Positions 29,838 to 36,051 of a DNA stretch of 64,000 bases are shown one piece after another. Below the pieces are notes generated by a model. It did not search any database, had not been told where the DNA came from, and worked only from the letters and a program-made list of their open reading frames with translations. A program made the position numbers and the translations under genes. How positions within the stretch are numbered: position 1 is the stretch's first letter; every line of letters starts with the position of its first letter. This stretch comes from Candidatus Niyogibacteria bacterium (lineage in GTDB: Bacteria > Patescibacteriota > Minisyncoccia > HO2-45-28), in the NCBI GenBank assembly GCA_016181935.1, contig JACOYI010000003.1, forward strand, positions 35,741 to 99,740. Direction: 5' to 3'.

Positions 29838-32045
29838 CTATTCAAAATGCAGATTTTCGAATCGCGCGGCGAATGATTTGAGGCGCGGGTGGCGCCCGAG
29901 TTCGGGGTCGCGTTCCAAAAGCGCCCGCGCTTCGGCGCGCGCCGCTTCCACCATTTTGATATTTTTGAGCGCTTCCATGCCTGCGTCCGAAATGCCCCAT
30001 TGCCCCGAGCCGGAAAGTTCGCCTGCGCCGCGGAATTTGAGATCATACTCGGCAAGTTCGAATCCGTTTTTGGCTTCCACCAACGCCTGCAGACGCGTGA
30101 GCGTACGCGCCGTCGTGGAATCGGTGAAAACAAAACAATAGGGCTGATGCGTGCCGCGCAACACGCGGCCGCGCAATTGATGCAGTTGCGCGAGCCCGAA
30201 CCGGTCCGCGCCCTCGATCAGGATGAGGGTGGCGTTCGGCACATTCACGCCGACCTCGATGACCGAGGTGGCGATCAACACATGGATTTTCCCCGCGCGA
30301 AAATCGCGCATGACGCGTTCTTTTTCTTTTGGCAGCATTTTACCGTGGAGCATTTCCACATTAAATTCCGGAAAAACATCGCGCGAAAGTTTTTTATGCT
30401 CGGCTTTCACGGATTTCATTTCGAGCACCATTTCCGAGTCCGACCCGTCTCGCCCGACGCGAGTCGAGGCGGAGTTTTCCTCGATTCGCGGGCAGATGAT
30501 GTAGGCCTGCCGGCCCTTTTTGATCTCCGAGCGCATCTGTTCGTAGGCGCGGGCGCGTAGTGCGGGCGGTACGACGGTCGTGATGATCTTCTTGCGTCCC
30601 GCGGGCATTTCGTCAATGAGGGTGAGTTCGAGGTCGCCGTAGAGGGTGAGCGCGAGGGTACGCGGAATGGGGGTTGCGGTCATGCTCAAAAGATGAGGGA
30701 TGCCGAGCGCGGTTGCCGAAGCAAGGTGGGTCCGCCTCGGCGAGCCCTCGGCGAGACGGGCCCGCTGGGCGACGCCGAAGCGGTGCTGTTCATCAATGAC
30801 GGCAAGCGCGAGTTTCCTGAATTTCATCGAATCCTGTATCAACGCATGGGTGCCGATGATGATGGGAATTTCTCCGGAAGCCGCCCATTTCAAAAATTGC
30901 GCGCGGCTCGTGTGCGTATCCTTTGTGGGAAATGCCTTGGACGGGAAGCGACGGCATTCCGACGAGGTGATGAGCCCGACGGGGATACGGTACGGGGCGA
31001 AATGCGCGCAAAAGTCCTGATAGTGCTGGCGCGCGAGGATCTCGGTGGGCGCCATGTAGGCGATCTGGTGGCCGCTCTTGGCGCACGCATAAGCGGCGAT
31101 CGCGGCGACAATGGTTTTGCCCGAGCCGACATCGCCCTCGAGCAGGCGCGCCATGGGCAGGGGACGCGAAATATCCGTAAGAACCGCTTTGATCGCGGCT
31201 TTTTGGGCGTTGGTCAATGCGAAAGGGAGAGACGAAAGAAAGGGTTTGAACGCATCGGGCGCGATGCGGACCGGAGTGGCATGCGACCGGCTTCGCGCCA
31301 TTTTTATTTTCTGGCGGTCGAGCTGGATCAAAAAAATTTCCTCGAACGCGAAGCGTTTGCGCGCCGCAAGAGCGATCCGCGCGTCGGGCGCTTTGTGGAT
31401 GGCGTGGAGCGCGGTCTTTAAGCTCGGCAATTTGTAGCGCGCGAGGATGTCATGCGGGATAGGGTCATCGAATGCGCCTGCCTCGCCGGCAGGCAGGCCC
31501 GAAAATTTTTCCAAAAGTTTTCCGGCGGCATACGCGAGCCATTCGGAGGTCACGCCGCGCGATTCGGGATAGACCGGTGTGAGTGTTTTTTGTTCGGTCT
31601 CTTCCACGAATGAACCCGGTGCGCGATATTTAGGATTCGCAAGAAAAAGTCCGCGCTTTCCTTCGCCCACGCGCCCCGCAAACGAGTATTCAATTTCTGG
31701 CTTCAGGGTTTTGGCAATGTAGGGCTGGTTGAACCAGATGGCGCGGATTTTTCCGGTGCCATCATCAATGACGGTTTCGGCGAGTGCGATTTTGGTGCGG
31801 AATGTTTTTGTAATTTTCGCCGATACGACATGCCCCGTAATGACGGCGCGGTCGCCCGCGGCGAGGTCGCGGATGGCTTTGGGTTCGTGGAACGATTCGT
31901 AGCGCGCGGGAAAACGCCAGAGAATGTCGCGCGCGGTTTTGAGCCCTGCGTTCAGGAGCCGCTCCTTTTGCTTGGGCGTCAGGCGCAGATGGAGTTCCAG
32001 CGGGTCGTCGAGATGCATAGGATTAACGGTATCGCGTTCGCTCAA
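29838..32045 (-). CDS. recG: ATP-dependent DNA helicase RecG
   Basis: Wedge domain, helicase motifs (GDVGSGKT, DEQHRFG, SATP), and C-terminal helicase domain. Confidence 0.9.
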   Translation of the reverse strand: MSERDTVNPMHLDDPLELHLRLTPKQKERLLNAGLKTARDILWRFPARYESFHEPKAIRDLAAGDRAVITGHVVSAKITKTFRTKIALAETVIDDGTGKIRAIWFNQPYIAKTLKPEIEYSFAGRVGEGKRGLFLANPKYRAPGSFVEETEQKTLTPVYPESRGVTSEWLAYAAGKLLEKFSGLPAGEAGAFDDPIPHDILARYKLPSLKTALHAIHKAPDARIALAARKRFAFEEIFLIQLDRQKIKMARSRSHATPVRIAPDAFKPFLSSLPFALTNAQKAAIKAVLTDISRPLPMARLLEGDVGSGKTIVAAIAAYACAKSGHQIAYMAPTEILARQHYQDFCAHFAPYRIPVGLITSSECRRFPSKAFPTKDTHTSRAQFLKWAASGEIPIIIGTHALIQDSMKFRKLALAVIDEQHRFGVAQRARLAEGSPRRTHLASATALGIPHLLSMTATPIPRTLALTLYGDLELTLIDEMPAGRKKIITTVVPPALRARAYEQMRSEIKKGRQAYIICPRIEENSASTRVGRDGSDSEMVLEMKSVKAEHKKLSRDVFPEFNVEMLHGKMLPKEKERVMRDFRAGKIHVLIATSVIEVGVNVPNATLILIEGADRFGLAQLHQLRGRVLRGTHQPYCFVFTDSTTARTLTRLQALVEAKNGFELAEYDLKFRGAGELSGSGQWGISDAGMEALKNIKMVEAARAEARALLERDPELGRHPRLKSFAARFENLHFE

Positions 32046-32090
32046 TAAAAAAAGCCCCGCGCGTGTCGTGCGACACGGCGGGGCGTCGGT

Positions 32091-32489
32091 CTAGCGGGTC
32101 CATTCCTCGGGGAGGGGTTGGTCGAGCCTGAATACCAGCCCTTGGCGGGTCCTGGAATTGAAGACGACTTCCCACTGCCATTGGGTGAGAGCGGAAGCTG
32201 GGTAATCAAAGAGCGGTTCACTGGTCAGGAATCGGCCCAGGAATCGGATATTGCTTGGCTCGTCTTCTTGATGTCCCATCGCGACGGTCGTTCCTCGGAG
32301 CGCGACCTCGAAGGAAATTTTAAACTCGTTCCAGCGCCCGAGCCGCTGTTGGAATTCGCGTGTGGGAGCGAGCGTGAATTCCACGATGACTTTCTTGTGT
32401 TCTCGGTATGACCGGAGTTCCTCCTCGATAATGCGAGACAAGCCCGGAGCATTGGTGACACAGGAATAGGGCAGGCGTTCGGATGCCAT
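32091..32489 (-). CDS. hypothetical protein (~132 aa)
   Basis: Start MASERLPY is preceded by AAAAGGAG. The ORF-track N-terminal extension was judged spurious. Confidence 0.45.
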   Translation of the reverse strand: MASERLPYSCVTNAPGLSRIIEEELRSYREHKKVIVEFTLAPTREFQQRLGRWNEFKISFEVALRGTTVAMGHQEDEPSNIRFLGRFLTSEPLFDYPASALTQWQWEVVFNSRTRQGLVFRLDQPLPEEWTR

Positions 32490-32645
32490 AACGGCTCCTT
32501 TTAATGTGCGGGTGCCTCTCGAGGCCGAGGCACGGCAAGCCCTTACAAAAGGCATAACGCCTTTTGCGACCCGTTCGTGAATGGAATGAACAGGAATTGA
32601 ACTATAAGTATTATATACTATCTAGTGTAAAAAGTCAAGTTTTTG

Positions 32646-32717
32646 TGCCCCCATGAGGAATCGAACCTCAATTTCAGCCTCCGCAGGGCTGCGCTCTATC
32701 CGTTGAGCTATGGGGAC
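32646..32717 (-). tRNA. tRNA-Arg(GCG), hand-folded
   Basis: Acceptor GTCCCCA/TGGGGGC with one G-U pair, D-arm GCTC-AACGGATA-GAGC, anticodon stem CAGCC/GGCTG with loop CTGCGGA, T-loop TTCGATT. Confidence 0.65.
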
Positions 32718-32735
32718 AATAATAATGAAGAGCGG

Positions 32736-32768
32736 GACGGTCCTATCCGTTGAACGACGAGGGCAACA
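32736..32768 (-). other. degenerate tRNA 5'-half-like fragment upstream of tRNA-Arg
   Basis: GCCCTCGTCGTTCAACGGATAGGACCG resembles the acceptor and D-arm of the adjacent tRNA. Confidence 0.4.
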
Positions 32769-32784
32769 GGAATTCCGAAATCCA

Positions 32785-32910
32785 TTTTAGAAGCCCCACA
32801 GGCGTTTTGCACGGCGTTTTTTGGTTATAATTTCTGTGGAACCAAAAAACAAAGTGCCGAGGACGGAGCTTGAATCTCGCCGGAAATTCAAGCGTATTCT
32901 AAAAGGGATT
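32785..32910 (+). repeat. ~135-nt structured repeat element, copy A (terminal stem plus two internal hairpins)
   Basis: P1 TAGAAG/CTTCTA, P2 TTTTTTGG/CCAAAAAA, P3 GCTTGAAT/ATTCAAGC. Conserved linkers are CCCCRCAGGCG and CAAAGYGCCGAGGACGGAGC. Homologous to copy B at 63558 to 63695. Confidence 0.7.
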
Positions 32911-32924
32911 TCGGGATTCGTGTT

Positions 32925-33524
32925 CTAGAAGCCGAGATATCGCCCGATGCCTTCGGCGAGCGATTCCTCGGTTTCCGTTTCTTTCAAGGTTTTTATCAAA
33001 ATGTTCCGTATCTCGATCGGATCGGCGTCGCCTAAGGGAATCGTAATGCGGGGCGAGGTCAATTTCTTGGAAATGATATCGAGCTCTTTGGTATGCGGCG
33101 GGTCGTAGCGGATCCAAAAGGATTCGAGCGATTCGTAGGAATGCAATTTTTCTCCGATCTGAACGCCGCGCGCCGTCACCGCGAATTTCACGATCTTGGG
33201 ACGCCGCGCTCCGTAAAGCGCGATCGTGAAGCCAGCCAAGACCGTTAAAATACCAAATAAAAGGTTTCGAATCAAGGCGGCGACAATAACAAGCGCCGCA
33301 ACGATGATGCCGACGGCCCAGTACCATTCGCGGGATTTGGGAACGAAATCGTATTCGGGCGCCGACCAGCTGACGAGCGGCGTTTTAATGTCCGGTTTCG
33401 GTTCGGGCGTTGCGGCGATTGGCGGCAGTCCGCCAGCTGGCGGAGGCTGCGGTTCCGGCAGTTTTTCTGCGGGCGCTTGTTGTCCGGCATCCGGTTCTTT
33501 GCGGCGGACCATATCCATATCCAT
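32925..33524 (-). CDS. membrane protein with Pro-rich N-terminal region, hypothetical
   Basis: Start MDMDMVRRKE lies just after a terminator. TM helix VGIIVAALVIVAALI. The ORF-track N-terminus was judged spurious. Confidence 0.5.
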   Translation of the reverse strand: MDMDMVRRKEPDAGQQAPAEKLPEPQPPPAGGLPPIAATPEPKPDIKTPLVSWSAPEYDFVPKSREWYWAVGIIVAALVIVAALIRNLLFGILTVLAGFTIALYGARRPKIVKFAVTARGVQIGEKLHSYESLESFWIRYDPPHTKELDIISKKLTSPRITIPLGDADPIEIRNILIKTLKETETEESLAEGIGRYLGF

Positions 33525-33550
33525 TTCTTTATTGTCGCGGTTTCGCCTCA

Positions 33551-33584
33551 AAATGAAAAGCCGTCCTGCTTTGAGTAGGACGGC
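33551..33584 (-). terminator. rho-independent terminator GCCGTCCT/AGGACGGC plus U-run (minus strand)
   Basis: Perfect 8-bp stem followed on the minus strand by TTTTCATTTT, after the stop of the 33602 to 33802 ORF. Confidence 0.65.
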
Positions 33585-33601
33585 CTCGCTATTTTGAACC
33601 T

Positions 33602-33802
33602 TTATTTTTTGAAACGCTCCGGCAGAATTCTGCCGAAAATTTTTTTGATTTTCATCCGGAGCCAGCGCGCATAGACGAAGTAGCCGGCAAGGATGGCAAT
33701 GCCCCACACGAGGAACGGAATGCCGGGCACCAGTGGCAGGATAAGTCCCGCAATCCCCAAAAGAACAAGAACTCCGCCGAGCGCGATCCAGAAGAGCCTC
33801 AT
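33602..33802 (-). CDS. small membrane protein (66 aa), hypothetical
   Basis: Two TM helices, GGAG RBS, terminator downstream. Confidence 0.5.
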   Translation of the reverse strand: MRLFWIALGGVLVLLGIAGLILPLVPGIPFLVWGIAILAGYFVYARWLRMKIKKIFGRILPERFKK

Positions 33803-33833
33803 CGGAAATCTCCGTATCTGCGGCGCGGCATCG

Positions 33834-34009
33834 CTAGATGCCGAAATATTTCATCAGCGCTCCGACGCCGGCAATGGCGAGACCGCCGGCGATTTTGATT
33901 ATCGGCTTTTTCCAATCCCTGTCGTCTTCGCTGTCGCCGAAAGTCATGACATCAAAAGCGCCGAAGAGAACGGCTATGCCGCCAATGAACATCACGAGAT
34001 GTCCCATTT
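33834..34009 (-). CDS. small membrane protein (58 aa), below the ORF-track length cutoff
   Basis: MGHLVMFIGGIAVLFGAF...GGLAIAGVGALMKYFGI. GGAGGG RBS 7 nt upstream of the ATG. Confidence 0.45.
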
Positions 34010-34136
34010 TTCAACCCTCCGTGTTTGGGATGTATGGTCTAGATATTCAATAGCATTTCCATAAATCTTGTCAACCCCGCAGTAGAAAGCGGCGTAGCGC
34101 GCGCATGCCGGACGTCGCTTTTCACTACGGGGTCAA

Positions 34137-34170
34137 CATAAAAACTCCGCCAAGGGCGGAGCCATTTTTC
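34137..34170. terminator. bidirectional terminator CTCCGCC-AAG-GGCGGAG flanked by A and T runs
   Basis: Perfect 7-bp stem with CCATTTTT on the plus strand and TTTTTATG on the minus strand. Confidence 0.6.
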
Positions 34171-34309
34171 AACTGGCGGTGTATTTTAAAAATAGCTCGA
34201 ACGGAATTCGCTCCTCGCCGCGCACACTGATAATTTCAAGTTTTTCTTTGGCGGAATAAATTCAGAATTCGCGAAGCGAATACCAAATGTATTTTATGAA
34301 AAATTTCAA

Positions 34310-34360
34310 AATAAATCAAAAAGAAGAAACCTGCCAGAGCTCCGGGAGGAGATGGCAGGT
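34310..34360 (-). terminator. rho-independent terminator ACCTGCCA/TGGCAGGT plus U-run (minus strand)
   Basis: Directly 3' of the 34365 to 35030 ORF stop. The minus strand then reads TTCTTCTTTTTGATTTATTTTG. Confidence 0.65.
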
Positions 34361-34364
34361 CAGT

Positions 34365-35030
34365 TTAGTTGAACGACACCAGAGGATTGAGAGTGAAGTA
34401 CTCCTCGCGCCCGTGGACGCCAGACGACACGATCCGCAAGAACTGCCGATTGAAGTCTTGCTGCACCGGCAAGCTCTCGTGAGGAGTCAGGATGCCGATC
34501 TCGTGGACTTCGCCGGCTTTCAGGAAGCTCGCGCGATCGAATGGATAGTCCGCCGCAGCGTGGCCGATGTCGCCGTCGAGCGACGTGTCCTCGTGTTCGG
34601 CGTCCCACACAGCGCAACTGTCGTCGAGGTTGTTGGCGAGCAGGATCCTGACATCACGGTCGAGGGTGACGCGGTGTCTTGGCTTCGGCTTCGGTTTTGG
34701 GCGTGGGCCTAGGCTAGGACGTGGTACGCCCCATCCTCCTCCACCTCCCCAACAGTAGATTTGACCCGGAACTCTTCCCACTTCTGTGTGCAATGCGCGG
34801 CCATATTTTGCCCGCTGTCCGCGGTGAGGAGTCCCTGCGACGGCGACAGATTCATCGATCGTCAGGAAGCCAATGTCGCCTTTTTTCAGAAACACCAAAT
34901 CCACGATGTCCCTGTAAGGCGCATAGATGTCGGGAATCGACGCCGAATCGCCTTGGATGTAAGGCATCATCAGGCACCGAATACCCGAGAATTGAGGGAA
35001 CTCCACTGTCCGTCCTGTGTGTGTGTTCAT
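34365..35030 (-). CDS. hypothetical two-domain protein with GGGGGWG...PKPKPKP linker
   Basis: AAAGGAGG RBS. Own promoter with an operator palindrome upstream and its own terminator. Confidence 0.55.
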   Translation of the reverse strand: MNTHTGRTVEFPQFSGIRCLMMPYIQGDSASIPDIYAPYRDIVDLVFLKKGDIGFLTIDESVAVAGTPHRGQRAKYGRALHTEVGRVPGQIYCWGGGGGWGVPRPSLGPRPKPKPKPRHRVTLDRDVRILLANNLDDSCAVWDAEHEDTSLDGDIGHAAADYPFDRASFLKAGEVHEIGILTPHESLPVQQDFNRQFLRIVSSGVHGREEYFTLNPLVSFN

Positions 35031-35089
35031 TGTCCAACCCTCCTTTCAAGGTACGATTACTATCTCAGCACATTGCCAAGGTTTAGCTC

Positions 35090-35142
35090 CATTTTACTAG
35101 ATTATGCATAAAAGTCAATAGTCGGCAAACTTGCCGACTATT
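35090..35142 (-). promoter_or_regulatory. promoter TTGACT-N17-TAAAAT overlapped by a perfect 26-bp palindrome AATAGTCGGCAA-AC-TTGCCGACTATT (candidate operator)
   Basis: The palindrome lies at 35117 to 35142, the -35 at 35113 to 35118 and the -10 at 35090 to 35095, all on the minus strand upstream of the 34365 ORF. Confidence 0.55.
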
Positions 35143-35306
35143 GAGAAAAATCTTATGAAAAAATTTCTTTTGCCCTTACAAAATATGGTTCGAGTCGATT
35201 TGTTTTCAGGTTCTTTGGCAGTTTGGAGTGTGCGCGGCGGAGCCGCTCATTTTTGCCCCGCCACACCCGAGCCGCGCTTTGCGCGGCGAGGAGCGAATTC
35301 CTTTCT

Positions 35307-35375
35307 GGCGGAGGCGGTAGGATTCGAACCTACGAAGCCCTTGCGGACTTAGCAGTTTTCAAGACTGCCCCCATT
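35307..35375 (-). pseudogene. tRNA-Ser(UGA) 3' two-thirds copy (anticodon arm to 3' end, ~85% identical) lacking the 5' acceptor strand
   Basis: GCAGTCTTGAAAACTGC...GTAGGTTCGAATCCTACCGCCTCCGCCA has no upstream GGAGGCG partner. Confidence 0.7.
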
Positions 35376-35382
35376 CTTTCGC

Positions 35383-35418
35383 TTTTACGCGAAAGCCGGG
35401 GTTGCTTTTTATTTTATC
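35383..35418. repeat. left copy of a 38-nt inverted repeat (AATAAAAAGCAACCCCGGCTTTCGCGTARAAGCGAAAG)
   Basis: Its reverse complement recurs at 45505 to 45542 with one mismatch. It contains the internal hairpin CTTTCGC/GCGAAAG. Confidence 0.8.
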
Positions 35419-35425
35419 GACGCGG

Positions 35426-35512
35426 CGGAGGCGGTAGGATTCGAACCTACGAGGCCATTGCTGACCTAACGGTTTTCAAGACCGTCCCATTCAACCGCTC
35501 TGGCACGCCTCC
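35426..35512 (-). tRNA. tRNA-Ser(UGA)
   Basis: Acceptor GGAGGCG/CGCCTCC, anticodon stem ACGGT/ACCGT with loop CTTGAAA, long variable arm, T-loop TTCGAAT, discriminator G. Confidence 0.85.
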
Positions 35513-35543
35513 GCCTCGCCGACAAATCAATGTAAAGCAACCC

Positions 35544-35589
35544 GTCGAATCTGAAGCAGTTCAGATTCGACCCACTCTGGCACGCCTCC
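35544..35589 (-). other. tRNA-Ser 5' fragment (GGAGGCGTGCCAGAGTGGG) fused to a perfect 12-bp hairpin GTCGAATCTGAA/TTCAGATTCGAC
   Basis: Seen on the minus strand upstream of the complete tRNA-Ser(UGA). Confidence 0.5.
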
Positions 35590-35592
35590 GTA

Positions 35593-35838
35593 TCATTTGA
35601 TCAGATTTTCGAGATTAGGCAGGGCTTTGAGGCCGCTCCCGTAAATCGTGTAGAGCGTACCAAGATACGGCTGGATTTGCAAATAACCAAAAACGGTAAG
35701 GCCGATGATGGCGGTCCATTTGACGGCGACGACGACCCGCTGCCAGACAAACACGCGGTGCATTTTTTGCACGAGCTCGAGCGTTTTGCGGGTCGCTTCG
35801 AGGTTTTTTTCAAGAAGAAGTTTGAGCTCGGGGTCCAT
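35593..35838 (-). CDS. small membrane protein (81 aa), hypothetical
   Basis: One TM segment WTAIIGLTVFGYLQI. GC content similar to the core genome. Confidence 0.4.
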   Translation of the reverse strand: MDPELKLLLEKNLEATRKTLELVQKMHRVFVWQRVVVAVKWTAIIGLTVFGYLQIQPYLGTLYTIYGSGLKALPNLENLIK

Positions 35839-35890
35839 GGATCCAGTATAATTGAAAAACCGGCAAAAATAGAGTACAATAAAGCGGGCT

Positions 35891-35935
35891 TGGAGAGGTG
35901 GCTGAGTGGGTTTAATGTGCTCATAAGCACATTAA
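35891..35935 (+). other. tRNA-Ser 5' fragment (GGAGAGGTGGCTGAGTGGG) followed by the perfect palindrome TTTAATGTGCT-CAT-AAGCACATTAAA
   Basis: Canonical tRNA-Ser 5' end without the remainder of the tRNA. Confidence 0.5.
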
Positions 35936-35964
35936 ACGGGCGCTCAAAGCATTGAACCCATAGC

Positions 35965-36051
35965 GGAGGCGTGGCTGAGCGGTTGAAAGCGGCGCCGTGC
36001 TAAGGCGTTAAGGGGGAAACTCCTTCAGAGGTTCGAATCCTCTCGCCTCCG
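35965..36051 (+). tRNA. tRNA-Ser(GCU)
   Basis: Acceptor GGAGGCG/CGCCTCC, anticodon stem GCGCC/GGCGT (one G-U pair) with loop GTGCTAA, long variable arm, T-loop TTCGAAT. Flanked by the processing-stem-like inverted repeat CCCATAGC/GCTATGGG. Confidence 0.85.

Noticed and set aside
33226-34064. Plus-strand ORFs 33226..33597 and 33693..34064
   Set aside because: They overlap better-supported minus-strand membrane-protein genes that have RBSs and terminators. Their composition is low-complexity Ser/Gly/Ala.
35307-35400. First read as a second complete tRNA-Ser(UGA)
   Set aside because: No 5' acceptor strand (GGAGGCG) exists upstream. Only the anticodon arm to the 3' end is present, so it is called a partial copy or pseudogene.
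35131-35600. Plus-strand ORFs 35131..35352 and 35223..35600 with GGGRIRTYEA-type peptides
   Set aside because: These are translations across minus-strand tRNA-Ser sequences (the TΨC arm gives the RIRTYE and GFEP patterns), so they are not protein genes.
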